Of a stretch of DNA of 64,000 bases, positions 19,110-29,252 are shown piece after piece (position 1 is the first letter of the stretch; each line of letters begins with the position of its first letter). The stretch is from Acidobacteriota bacterium (GTDB lineage: Bacteria; Acidobacteriota; UBA890; WLXD01). The notes beneath the pieces were generated by a model. It did no database searches, was not told the DNA's origin, and worked only from the letters and a program-made list of their open reading frames with translations. The DNA lies in assembly GCA_965248695.1 (NCBI GenBank), contig CBDFKD010000002.1, positions 5,152,001-5,216,000 on the forward strand, written 5' to 3'. The translations under genes and the position numbers were made by a program.

Positions 19110-20591
19110 TCAATCGCCCGTTTGGCCGAACGTCTCCATGTACCACTTCACGAACCGAGCCGGGCTCCCCTCGTGAGTGGCGTAGCGGCCAGCGCTGTAG
19201 CCGCCCGACTGGATACCGAGGTGGTTGTTGCCGGTAAGCCAGATGTCTTCCATCGTCGTGACGTGCCACAGCGCCTTGAGCTCGTCCGGATCGTAGTCGC
19301 GCCCCTCGACCGCATCCGGATGCACGAGCCAGATGACCTCGTTGTCGGTTCGGTCGTGCGCACGCGGTGTGTATCGGGCGATCATGACGTGGTCGTCGTA
19401 GCCCTGCCAGTAACCGGTTTGCCAGCGGGTCGTGGCGATATCGGTCTCATGGGTCCACGCGATCCTGGTTGGCAGGAGAGGAGCGACGGGGTTGCCATCC
19501 ATGGACCCAGTGACGAACCCCGGGTTGAGCTCGCCGTCAACGTCGCCATAGCCGCCCATGCCTGACGCCCGTCGTTCGGCCGCTGCCGGGACCCACTCGT
19601 CGACCGCCGTCGCGTGGGCGGCCTTCTGTTCGTCGGTGCGCTCTTCGTCGTAGTTGTGCGCTTTCACCAAGGACCCGTGCGCTGGTCCGCAGTGGTAGCA
19701 CTCGATGAAGTTCTCCGTCGCGAGCTTCCAGTTCGACTTCAGCGGGTAGTACTCGCGGGCCGCGACCTTGAGCTTGTCGAAGCGGTAAATTTCGTTCAGC
19801 GCTCGCACACGAGTCACGGTCGATTCGAACTCGGGGGGCGAATCCGATCGAGATAGATTGATGAAGATCTGGCCAGCGGCGACGCGCACATGGCAGGGGA
19901 GAAGTCCGTTGTCCGCCGGGTCGAAATCGTCCTGCATGCCATAGGCGTAGATCAGACTTCCTTCGGTGTCATACGTCCAGGCGTGGTACGGACAGCGGAA
20001 CACCGGCGAGTTGCCGTTCTGGCCAAGCTGCTTCACTGACAAGCGTGGATCCTGCGGCCTCGTATCCGCGTCGTGGCGGCACACCCGTGAGCCGCGGTGC
20101 CGGCAGACATTGTGGAAGGCGCCGACACTTCCGGTCTGGCTACGAACGAGCAGGATGCTCTCCGAGCGCCCGAACTCGAAAACGAAGAAATCGCCCGGGC
20201 TCGGAATGCGGCTCGCCTGGTCGACGTACTGCCAGAGATTCTCCGCCAGGAAAGCCTCCTCCACCGCATAGTGCTTCGGGTCCAGGTAGTACTCGGCCGG
20301 AATCGTGGTGCCTTCTTTCCAGCCGTTGATGCCGGCGTTCTCGGGCACGGTTACTGCGAACCGTGGCGCACCCTTGCCACCGTAGCCCGGTGCTTCCGCC
20401 GGCAAGTCTTTGCGGGCAACCGCAACCGGCGAGCCGATCGCATTCGCTGTTGATGGCCCCTGTGGTGGCGCACCGAACAGGGAGTTGGGCAAAGCGATTG
20501 CCGCGGTCCCAGCGGCTACCGAGGACTTGGCGAACGTGCGGCGGCTTACGCGCTGTCCGCCGTTGACGTCGTGACTGTCCTCGTTGCTCAT
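19110..20591 (-). CDS. Rieske non-heme iron oxygenase alpha subunit (GbcA/choline monooxygenase-like) with Tat-like signal
   Basis: CRH...CPYH Rieske ligands, NWK..ENF.ECYHC..AH and distal ED iron ligands; N-terminal SRRTFAK. Confidence 0.88.
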   Translation of the reverse strand: MSNEDSHDVNGGQRVSRRTFAKSSVAAGTAAIALPNSLFGAPPQGPSTANAIGSPVAVARKDLPAEAPGYGGKGAPRFAVTVPENAGINGWKEGTTIPAEYYLDPKHYAVEEAFLAENLWQYVDQASRIPSPGDFFVFEFGRSESILLVRSQTGSVGAFHNVCRHRGSRVCRHDADTRPQDPRLSVKQLGQNGNSPVFRCPYHAWTYDTEGSLIYAYGMQDDFDPADNGLLPCHVRVAAGQIFINLSRSDSPPEFESTVTRVRALNEIYRFDKLKVAAREYYPLKSNWKLATENFIECYHCGPAHGSLVKAHNYDEERTDEQKAAHATAVDEWVPAAAERRASGMGGYGDVDGELNPGFVTGSMDGNPVAPLLPTRIAWTHETDIATTRWQTGYWQGYDDHVMIARYTPRAHDRTDNEVIWLVHPDAVEGRDYDPDELKALWHVTTMEDIWLTGNNHLGIQSGGYSAGRYATHEGSPARFVKWYMETFGQTGD

Positions 20592-20663
20592 CTACTTCGC
20601 CTCTCGACTATTCGAACGTTGGTCGACTCGCGCTTTCGCGAACTCGCCGAGCTTCAACGAACG

Positions 20664-20701
20664 AAAACCGCGGGAGCCGACGAGCAGATCGGCTCCCGCG
20701 G
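20664..20701 (-). terminator. Intrinsic terminator after Rieske paralog
   Basis: 13-bp stem CCGCGGGAGCCGA / TCGGCTCCCGCGG followed by TTTT on the minus strand. Confidence 0.7.
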
Positions 20702-20726
20702 ATTCACTAGCCAACTGACAGAAAGC

Positions 20727-22247
20727 TCAATCGCCGGCCTGGACAATCTCCTTCATGTACCAGTTGATGAAGCTCGACGGCCCGCCCTCGCGCGTTCCAT
20801 ACCGGCCGCCGCTGTATGCGCCGGACTCGACGCCGTCGTGGTTGTTGTCGGTGATCCAGATATCCTCCTGGATCGTGACGTGCCACAGCCCCTTGACGTG
20901 TTCCGGGTCGTAGTCACGGCCCTCGACTGCGTCGGGGTGCACCAGCCAGACGATCTCGGCGTCAGTGAACTTCTCGTTGCGCGGCGTGAACCGAACCACC
21001 ATGACGTGATCGTCGTAGAACTGCCAGTATCCGGTCGACTCTCCGGTGGTCGCGATGATCGTACGGTGGTCGCCTTCCTTTCTGCCGGGCAGCCAAGGTG
21101 CAGCCTGCTTGCCGTCGATCGTGCCAGTGACAAACCCCGGGTTGAGCAGACCAGTGAGGTTCTCATACTGGGGCTCGCCGCCCATACCTCCTCCGCCCAT
21201 GCCGGCATCTTCATCGTCGCGACGACGACGGCTGTCCTCCGGAACCCAGTCCGCCACGGCAGCAGCCTTTTCGTTCATCTGCTGGTCGCTGAGGTCGTGG
21301 TCCCAATTGTGCGTCGTCACCAGGGGTCGGTGGGCCGGGCCGCAGTGGTAGCACTCCTTGAAGTTCTCGAGCGCCAGCTTCCAGTTGGCGTTGATTGGGT
21401 AGGACTCGCGCGCCGCGACCTTGAGGTCTTTCAAGCTGTACTCGGGGGCCAGCCGCCTGAGGGCGGTAACTGCCGAATCGAAATCCGGCGGCGTGTCTGA
21501 CTTCGACAGGTTGACGAAGATCTGGCCTTCGGTAACCCGCGTGTGGCACGGGAGCAAACCGTTGTCGGCCGGGTCGAAGTCGTCCTGCATGCCGTAGGCG
21601 TAGATAAGGCTGCCCTCGGTGTCGTATGTCCAGGCGTGGTACGGGCAGCGGAACACGGGTGAGCTGCCGCTCTGGCCGAGCTGCTTGACCGACAGACGCG
21701 GATCGCTCGGCTTCGAGTCGGAGTCGTGACGGCACAATCGCGATCCGCGGTGACGACAGACGTTGTAGAACCCGCGCACCTCGTTGTCCTGGCCTCGAAC
21801 GATCAGAATGCTCTCGGAGCGACCGAACTCGAAGACGTAGAAGTCGCCCGGGTTCGGAATGCGGCTCTCCTGGTCGGTGTACTGCCAGAAGTTCTCCCCG
21901 ACGAATTTCTCGTCGGCTTCGAAATGCTTCGCCTCGATGTAGTACTCGGCGGGAATCGTCAGGCCCTCTTTCCAGCCGTTGACGCTCGCCTTCTTGGCCA
22001 CCGGGCCGGTGAGCGGGGCTGCGCCCCGGCCGCCGTAGCCAATGTTCTCGTTGCGCGCTTCGACGCGCGCGGCGCGGCCATAGGTGGCCGTGGTTGCGGT
22101 CGTCGTTGCGGCCGTTGCCGGGGTAGCGCCGAAAAGCGATTTCGGGAGAGCGACGGCGGCGGTGCCCGCGGCAACCGAGGACTTGGCGAACGTGCGGCGG
22201 CTTACGCGCGGCCCGCCGTTCTTGTCGTGGTCGTCCTTCTTGCTCAT
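20727..22247 (-). CDS. Rieske oxygenase alpha subunit, tandem paralog, with Tat-like signal
   Basis: Same motifs as 19110-20591; ATG 22247 preceded by AGGAG; SRRTFAK. Confidence 0.88.
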   Translation of the reverse strand: MSKKDDHDKNGGPRVSRRTFAKSSVAAGTAAVALPKSLFGATPATAATTTATTATYGRAARVEARNENIGYGGRGAAPLTGPVAKKASVNGWKEGLTIPAEYYIEAKHFEADEKFVGENFWQYTDQESRIPNPGDFYVFEFGRSESILIVRGQDNEVRGFYNVCRHRGSRLCRHDSDSKPSDPRLSVKQLGQSGSSPVFRCPYHAWTYDTEGSLIYAYGMQDDFDPADNGLLPCHTRVTEGQIFVNLSKSDTPPDFDSAVTALRRLAPEYSLKDLKVAARESYPINANWKLALENFKECYHCGPAHRPLVTTHNWDHDLSDQQMNEKAAAVADWVPEDSRRRRDDEDAGMGGGGMGGEPQYENLTGLLNPGFVTGTIDGKQAAPWLPGRKEGDHRTIIATTGESTGYWQFYDDHVMVVRFTPRNEKFTDAEIVWLVHPDAVEGRDYDPEHVKGLWHVTIQEDIWITDNNHDGVESGAYSGGRYGTREGGPSSFINWYMKEIVQAGD

Positions 22248-22506
22248 TTGCGTTCTCCTGGGCCGCGGCAGCGGTGATCGGTCTGGAAGTCCAGAAGTTC
22301 TCCCTCGGCGCCTGGTGCCCGGAAGCGGCACTCACCCCACTTACGCACGCGCAGAGAACCTACTTTCACTTGTCTAGGTACTACGGTTGCGGCCGCACTA
22401 CAACTGGCCGGGCGCCGACCTCCGTATCTTTATCCGGAGCCGGAGCCGCAGCACCTCCTGCTGCATCTATCATCCTTCCATGCCGGTGAACGGTCGACCG
22501 TACCCC

Positions 22507-24320
22507 TCAGGTACGTTCCGCCCAGGGGTATTGGAACTCGGGACGAATCACGTCGGTCAGCAGCTCCTGCACGGCGCGGTGTGCCTGCTCGAAGGCCGCC
22601 TGGGTTAGCGAGATGGCTGCGGCGTCCGAGTTGGCGATCGTGATGCGCCCGAAACGCTGTCGCCCAACGACCCATGGCGCCTCGTCATAACCCCAGTCGG
22701 GGTCATACAGGTCATTGGCGCCGCCCGCATAGCCATGCGGCCAGCGGTTGACGGTGATCCCGGCAATGTCGCGCGCCGGGTCGAACCCGCCGTCGCCGAG
22801 CGCCCGGCCGAGCTGGTCGCGGATGCTGCGCTCGAAGGTCTCGAAGCTTGTCGCCTGAAGCTCCTCGCGTCCAGCGCGAAACTGATCTCGCGCCGACAGT
22901 CCGGGCCGAATGGGAAGGCGCTGCAGCCACAACAGGATGGGCTCGTCGGGAGAGGCGGAATGGCGGTAGTCCCCGACGTTGACGCCCCAGTCCAGATCGA
23001 TGAACTCGTGGAACCCACCCGGGCTGTGGATGGCACCGACACCCAGGTTGGCAAACGCCGTCCAGTTCTCGATCGCAACCTGCGTGTAGACGTACGGCTT
23101 CCGTACCGCCAGCTTCAGGGCCTCCTTCTGTGCCTCCGGAACCTCCGGACACAGGTACGGAATCATTGCGTTGTAGCAGGCCATTACGCAGCTGCCGCCG
23201 CCGACGCGGACCGCCCGCCCGTTCTGCACGTAGGTCACCGCGACCTCGTTGGCTGCGCGTCGCTCGCCCGCGTGGCGCGCACTCACCACCGTGCTGTTGA
23301 GACGGATGCGTACCGGATTGCCGGCCTTGTCCAGCTGCGAGTAACGGATCGGCGTGGTTACCGAATCCTCCATCGTCGTCCCCGGCAGCGCCGCCGGAAT
23401 GAGCCAACGGACCATTAGCCGCGCGATGCTGGCATTGCCGTCCGGGAAGTGAATTCCCTGGAATGGGTTGTCGCCCGGGGCAGCGTTGCGCGCCGGACGT
23501 TCGAGACCCTCATCTTTCGCAGTCGGGCGATCTTCTCCTCGTCGCTCAACTCCGGTAAATAGTCGCGGTTCTCGGTATAGAGCTGCAGGATGCCCGCCTT
23601 GGCGGCTTCCGATAGGGGTGTTTGGGCAAGGAAGTCGGTCCAGCGACGGCGCGCCTGGGCACCGCGTGCCCGCCTTGGCTCGCCGACGACCAGGCGGTCT
23701 GTGCCGAAGGTCTCGCGGTCGAAGAACACGCCGCCGCGCAGACCCATCTCACTGTAGAGGTCGTTCGCCGAGCCGCCAGGGAAGCGCTCCGCGCTCACGC
23801 CGATATCCTCGAGGAGATCCTTGGCCTCCGCCGGATAGTACCCGGTGATGAATTGGGTGCCGCCGTAGCCGATCAACTGCCGGTCGCCGACGGTGAACTC
23901 GACGCGTTTGGCATGCCCACCGAAGTCGTCATGATTGTCGAGAACGAGCACCCGGGCTTCGGGGAGCGCCTTGCGAAAGTAGTAGGCGGCGGCAAGGCCA
24001 CTGAGCCCGGCGCCGACCACCACCAGGTCGTACTGCTCGCCCGATTCCTCTGCCTCGTTCCAGGTCTTGCCGTAGCGCATCTCGTGCGCCACCTCGAAGG
24101 AACCGTCGTGGCTGCCGCGCATGCCGGTGAGCCTCGGCGGGTAGTAGCTTTCCGGGTCCTGTGTGGGCGTCGCATGGCTGCCTGGGGGCTGGCCGGTAGG
24201 CACGGTGGCGGAGGCTCCAATCGCTGCTGCCGAGCCTCCAACGGCGACGCTGCTGCCGTTAAGGAAATCCCTTCGAGTGATTCGGCGGTCCATACCAAGC
24301 TGCTTGTCAGTCCTTTTCAC
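22507..24320 (-). pseudogene. SpdH-like FAD oxidoreductase paralog 3 with internal deletion and frameshift
   Basis: N-part (TRRDFLNG...RLRKM) jumps at 23509/23508 to GLERP...HFPDGNA in another frame; about 54 codons present in paralog 2 are missing. Confidence 0.8.
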
Positions 24321-24468
24321 GGTCGAGTCCCCTTCTCCAGTTTTCGATCGGATACGGCTCGGTATGGACTTCCTGCGCCGGGATACTGGACTTCTTGCGC
24401 CAGATTGGAAACCCTGTACGGCACTCAGCGAGTTTCTTTGCGCGGTCCCACCGGTGAGGAGGTACGAG

Positions 24469-24978
24469 ATGCGGCAGGTTCAAGGAATGGGGAAGCTCAT
24501 AGTGGTCATGGTCGCGGCGGTGTTTGTCGTTGCTTGCGGCGACAGCGAGCCAGCACCGGAGCCGGAGCCAGAGCCCGAAGCGGCAATGCCGACCGCTGAG
24601 GACGAAGTGCGTGAACGGATGATGGAGTTTGTCGGCGCGTATGGCTCCAACGATGTGGAGGGCTACATCGGCTCGTTCGCGGCCGATGGGACGCAGTGGT
24701 GGCCGGGTCGACGGGTGACGCGCGCCGAGTACCACGATCTGTGGAGCGGCGTTGTCGGCGGCGGCGGTGGTCTGACGGAAGCCAACATAAGCGATCTACA
24801 GATCCACACATCGCCCGGCGGCGACGGCGCGGTGGCATCGTACCTGCTGAAGGTGAAGCGCATCTCGGACGATCCCGAAAGCGTGGATGCCACTTACCAG
24901 ATGTCGGCGACTTGGTTTAAGCGCGACGGAAAGTGGGAGATCATTCATTTCCACTGGAACCCTGTTACCAGCGGCTAG
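24469..24978 (+). CDS. NTF2-like/SnoaL (DUF4440-type) lipoprotein
   Basis: GAGGAGG RBS, lipobox VVAC, PE-rich linker, KRDGKWEIIHFHW end. Confidence 0.75.
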   Translation: MRQVQGMGKLIVVMVAAVFVVACGDSEPAPEPEPEPEAAMPTAEDEVRERMMEFVGAYGSNDVEGYIGSFAADGTQWWPGRRVTRAEYHDLWSGVVGGGGGLTEANISDLQIHTSPGGDGAVASYLLKVKRISDDPESVDATYQMSATWFKRDGKWEIIHFHWNPVTSG

Positions 24979-24993
24979 CAGCTCAGGGAGACG

Positions 24994-25485
24994 TTGATCG
25001 AGATGCGACAAGCAATCGGACGATCTTTGCTGGTAGCGGTCGGCGCGATGGCCATGTTTGCTGCTTCCGCAGCGACCGCGCAGGAGCCTGAGGTTCTCGA
25101 GCAGGAAGTGCGCGATGCTGTCGAGCAGCTCACCGCCACCTACGCTGCGAACGACATCGACGGCTACTTCGCGCTCTACGCACCCGAGCTCACCTGGTGG
25201 GGGCCGAACGGCAGGTGGGACAAGGGGTCCTATCTGGCGTACTGGACCGAGTACATCGAATCTACCGGCGGCCTTGCCTCGGCAGAGAACACCGATGTAC
25301 AGGTCGCGGTGTCGCCGAGCGGGGATCTGGCGTCAGCGTCGTACCTGCTATCGGTCACACGGGCCAACCCCGGGGATGCGCCCCCGGCGGTGACCTACCA
25401 GATGTCGCCGACCCTGGTGAAACGCAGTGGCAGCTGGACGATCGTCCATCTCCACTTCCAGGTGGTGCCGGAGCCTGAGGAGTAG
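24994..25485 (+). CDS. NTF2-like/SnoaL exported protein, tandem paralog
   Basis: Signal peptide; ASYLL, YQMS and KRSGSWTIVHLHF shared with the upstream gene. Confidence 0.75.
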   Translation: MIEMRQAIGRSLLVAVGAMAMFAASAATAQEPEVLEQEVRDAVEQLTATYAANDIDGYFALYAPELTWWGPNGRWDKGSYLAYWTEYIESTGGLASAENTDVQVAVSPSGDLASASYLLSVTRANPGDAPPAVTYQMSPTLVKRSGSWTIVHLHFQVVPEPEE

Positions 25486-25535
25486 ACAGACAGGTCGCGC
25501 CGGCGGTCCGGTGGCGCAAGGGGGAAAGGCAGGCA

Positions 25536-27491
25536 GTGTCCAATCTGCAGCGGCTCATCGGCTGTGGTGTCGTGCTGGCGATGGTCGGCGGAGGGCCAAT
25601 CGCCCTGCACGCCGAAGACGATCGTCCTCCCGGCGAATGGCCGTACTTCGGCGGCGACAAGGCGTTCACGCGCTACTCGGCCCTGGCGCAGATAAACAGC
25701 GACAATGTCGCCGACCTGCAGGTGGTCTGGCGTCGCCCGGCGGTCGACCAGGCGTTTCGGGATGCCTACTCGGAGGTACGCATCCCGGGCTACTTCCGGT
25801 CGACGCCGATCATGCTGGAGGGACTGCTGTTCGCACCCAACGGCGTCGGTCTACTGCGGGCGCTGAACCCGGCGACCGGCGAGACGGTCTGGGAGCAGGA
25901 GCCGTTCGCGCCGACGGTCGGTGAGGCGCGCGGCCGAAGCCCGCGCGGCATCGACACCTGGACCGACGGGACGGATCGGCGGCTGTTCTTGGTACGCAAC
26001 GGCCATCTGTACGCCCTCAACGCGCGTACCGGAGAGCCGTACGCCGACTTCGGTGTTCGGGGACGTCTCGATCTGAGCTTCGCTGAGCAGCGCGCCGGCA
26101 GTTTCCGCTGGTCCGCCGGTCCCATCGTCGTGGGCGACGTCATCGTCATTGCCGGAATCACCGGCGGCGCTGGGGACGGCGGCAACCGCAAGGAGGCCGT
26201 GCCGGAGGACGTGCGCGGTTACTCGGTTCGCACGGGCGAGCTGCTGTGGACGTTCAACGTGGTTCCGAAGCCCGGTCAATTCGGCAACGACACCTGGGGC
26301 GAGGATTCCTGGAAGTCATCCGGCGATCTGGGCTCGTGGTGCTGCGTGACCGCCGACGAGGATCTGGGCTACGTGTATATCCCGCTGACGGCGCCAACCG
26401 CGGCGTACTACGGGGGGCACCGGCCGGGCGACAACCTGTACTCCAATTCATTGGTCGTACTCGACGCCAAGACCGGCAAGCGGGCGTGGCATTTCCAGAT
26501 GGTGCATCACGATGTGTGGGAGTACGACACGGTAGGCCCGGCGACGCTGGGCGAGATCACCGTTGATGGCCGGCGGATCAAAGCCGTGATGCAGCCCAGC
26601 AAGACGGGTTTTCTGTATGTTTTCGACCGTGCGACAGGGGAGCCTGTGTGGCCGATCGAGGAGCGCCCGGTGCCGCAGTCGAACGTCCCTGGCGAGCGCC
26701 TGTCGCCGACGCAGCCGTTCCCGACCAAGCCCCCGCCGTTCGACATGCAGGGCTTCTCCGAGGACGACCTGATCGACTTCACGCCGGAGCTCCGGGCGCG
26801 AGCGCTCGAGCTCGTGGAGCCGTTCCTGCTGGGCCCGATGTTTACCCCGCCATCTGCGACTGCGGACGATTCGGATGGCAAGCAGGGCACGCTGATCAGT
26901 CCGGGGGCCTGGGGTTCGGGCAACTGGAATACCGGGGCCTTCGATCCCGAGACCGGGTTCTACTACGCCGTTTCGCACACGATGCCAAACGTCTATCCGC
27001 TGTCCAGCCCCGACGATCCGGAGGCCACGATCGATTACGAGTGGGGTGATGGGCCCGGCGTCCCGACCATCGATGGGTTGCCGATCTTCAAGCCCCCGTA
27101 TGGCCGCATCACGGCCTACGACATGAATCGCGGCGAGCAGGTCTGGATGGTGGCCAACGGTGATGGTCCGCGTGACCATCCACTGCTCGAGGGGCTCGAC
27201 GTTCCGCCGCTCGGCATGCTCGGCCGGCCGGCGCCGTTACTTACCAAGAGCTTGCTGTTCCTCGGTGAGAGCAGCGATGCCATCCTCGGTATCAGCGTCA
27301 ACGGCAACAAGTTCCGCGCCTACGACAAGGCCGACGGCAACGTCCTGTGGGAGACGGAGTTGCCCGCCGGCGTCACCGGCGCCCCGATCACGTATCTGTA
27401 CGAGGGCCGGCAGTACATCGTCGTCGCCGTCGGCGGCAACGACGATCCGGCCGAGTGGGTGGCCTTCGCGCTGGACGGGACGACGGATTGA
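25536..27491 (+). CDS. PQQ-dependent dehydrogenase, glucose/quinate-type (exported)
   Basis: YYGGHRPGDNL, HFQMVHHDVW, WPIEERPVP, SPTQPFP, KPPYG motifs. Confidence 0.9.
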   Translation: MSNLQRLIGCGVVLAMVGGGPIALHAEDDRPPGEWPYFGGDKAFTRYSALAQINSDNVADLQVVWRRPAVDQAFRDAYSEVRIPGYFRSTPIMLEGLLFAPNGVGLLRALNPATGETVWEQEPFAPTVGEARGRSPRGIDTWTDGTDRRLFLVRNGHLYALNARTGEPYADFGVRGRLDLSFAEQRAGSFRWSAGPIVVGDVIVIAGITGGAGDGGNRKEAVPEDVRGYSVRTGELLWTFNVVPKPGQFGNDTWGEDSWKSSGDLGSWCCVTADEDLGYVYIPLTAPTAAYYGGHRPGDNLYSNSLVVLDAKTGKRAWHFQMVHHDVWEYDTVGPATLGEITVDGRRIKAVMQPSKTGFLYVFDRATGEPVWPIEERPVPQSNVPGERLSPTQPFPTKPPPFDMQGFSEDDLIDFTPELRARALELVEPFLLGPMFTPPSATADDSDGKQGTLISPGAWGSGNWNTGAFDPETGFYYAVSHTMPNVYPLSSPDDPEATIDYEWGDGPGVPTIDGLPIFKPPYGRITAYDMNRGEQVWMVANGDGPRDHPLLEGLDVPPLGMLGRPAPLLTKSLLFLGESSDAILGISVNGNKFRAYDKADGNVLWETELPAGVTGAPITYLYEGRQYIVVAVGGNDDPAEWVAFALDGTTD

Positions 27492-28501
27492 CCGCGACAA
27501 TCGAGCCCCTCCGCATCGGCTTCATCGGTGCCGGCGCAATGGCCACCTGGCAGGTGTACCCGTCGCTACACTTCGCGCCCATTCACCTGCAGGCGGTTTG
27601 CGATCGCGACGAGGCATTGGCCCGTGACACGGCCGGCAAGTTCGGACCGGGGCGCTGGTACACCGACTACCGGGAGATGTGGGCGAGCGAGGATCTCGAG
27701 GCGGTGATCGTTCAGATGCACCCGAAGCCGCGCCAGAAGATCGTGCTGGAGGCTCTCGAGGCCGGCTATCACGTCTTCATTCCGAAGCCGCCGGCCGCTT
27801 CATTGGTGGCAACGGAAGAGCTGGCCGCGGCGGCGCGCCAGGCGCGGCGGACGCTGATGGTCAACTTCCAGCGACGCTTCTGCTTCGGGGTTCGAAAGGC
27901 GCGAGAGATCATGGCGACCGAGTCGTTCGGTGCGATGAGCCAGTTCTTCGGCTCCTTTTGCTGCGGCATCTTCGATCCGGTCCGTGGCCGCGACTACGAA
28001 GACCCGATCCATGCGTACGTGCTCGATTTCGCGCCACACTATCTGGATATAGCCCGGTATATCGGTGGCGAGGTGCAGCAGCTGTCGCTGTTCCATCAGA
28101 CGGCCGGTGAGGGCGTCGCGCTGGCCGTTGCCGTGGAGTTCGCAAGCGGTGCGGTCGGGACGCTGCAGCTCAACAGCCAGCGGCTATGGTGGCGTAACTA
28201 CGACCGCATCGAGATCACCGGGCAGAGCGAGTACCTCGTTCTCGATGACCTGTGGTCGGTGAAGCACTACGGTCAAGAGCAGAATACCTTCACCGAGAAC
28301 TGGAGTGATGAGCGGAGCGGCGAGCTCACCGGCGACGGTCCGTGTCTGAGCGAGTGGGTCAACGCCATCCGCGAGGATCGCGAGCCAGTTGGCAGCATCG
28401 CAGACGCGGTCCGGACCATGCGCTTGTATCAGGCAGTCTGGGACGCGGTCAGAGAAGGACGTTCGGGGGTCGTGTTCGATCGACGGACTGCTGCCGGCTG
28501 A
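27488..28501 (+). CDS. Gfo/Idh/MocA family NAD(P) oxidoreductase
   Basis: RIGFIGAG, HVFIPKP, VNFQRRF, D...H motifs; TTG start overlapping upstream stop. Confidence 0.85.
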   Translation: MTATIEPLRIGFIGAGAMATWQVYPSLHFAPIHLQAVCDRDEALARDTAGKFGPGRWYTDYREMWASEDLEAVIVQMHPKPRQKIVLEALEAGYHVFIPKPPAASLVATEELAAAARQARRTLMVNFQRRFCFGVRKAREIMATESFGAMSQFFGSFCCGIFDPVRGRDYEDPIHAYVLDFAPHYLDIARYIGGEVQQLSLFHQTAGEGVALAVAVEFASGAVGTLQLNSQRLWWRNYDRIEITGQSEYLVLDDLWSVKHYGQEQNTFTENWSDERSGELTGDGPCLSEWVNAIREDREPVGSIADAVRTMRLYQAVWDAVREGRSGVVFDRRTAAG

Positions 28502-28505
28502 GCCT

Positions 28506-29249
28506 ATGATTGCTCTCGATCGGGTGACGAAGCGGTTCGACTCGGTTGTAGCGATCGACGACCTTTCTTGTGAGTTCCGACGAGGTCAGACGCACGTCCT
28601 TCTGGGCTCCAGCGGATGCGGGAAATCGACCATCCTCCGCCTCGTGCTCGGCCTGGTATCGGCCGACAGCGGCTCCGTAATGGTCGATGGACGTCTGATG
28701 GACGCCGCCAGTAGAACCGAGATCCTCGCTGCGATGGGCTACGTCGTACAGGAAGGGGGACTCTACCCACACCTCGATGCCCGCGGCAACGTGTCGTTGG
28801 CCGCCGAGGCTCGTGGTTGGCCGGCCGATCGAATAGCGCAGAGGATCCAGGATCTGGTGGCACTGGTCGGGTTTGACGCGTCGATCATGCGTAAGTATCC
28901 GCATGAGCTCAGCGGTGGTCAGCGGCAGCGGGTGGGCCTCATGCGCGCCCTGATGTTGGATCCACCGATCCTGCTTCTCGACGAGCCGCTGGGGGCACTC
29001 GATCCGCTCGTGCGCGACGGGCTGCAGGTGCAGCTACGAGAGATCTTTCGCGCCCTCGGCAAGACCGTGCTCCTGGTCACTCATGACATTCGCGAGGCGG
29101 CGATGCTGGGCCAAACCGTCAGCCTGATGACCGAGGGTCGCATGGTTCAGCACGGAGCGTTTCTCGATCTCGCAACGAATCCGGCCAACGAATTTGTCCG
29201 TGCGTTCTTTCAGGCTCAGAAGCCACCACCTCAAATGCGGGGGCTCTGA
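28506..29249 (+). CDS. Osmoprotectant-type ABC transporter ATP-binding protein
   Basis: GSSGCGKS, YVVQEGGLYPH, LSGGQRQR, DEP, VTHD. Confidence 0.88.
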   Translation: MIALDRVTKRFDSVVAIDDLSCEFRRGQTHVLLGSSGCGKSTILRLVLGLVSADSGSVMVDGRLMDAASRTEILAAMGYVVQEGGLYPHLDARGNVSLAAEARGWPADRIAQRIQDLVALVGFDASIMRKYPHELSGGQRQRVGLMRALMLDPPILLLDEPLGALDPLVRDGLQVQLREIFRALGKTVLLVTHDIREAAMLGQTVSLMTEGRMVQHGAFLDLATNPANEFVRAFFQAQKPPPQMRGL

Positions 29250-29252
29250 CCG

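Noticed and set aside
24544-24580. GAGCC(A/G) short tandem repeats
   Set aside because: Encode the PEPEPE linker of a lipoprotein; ordinary.
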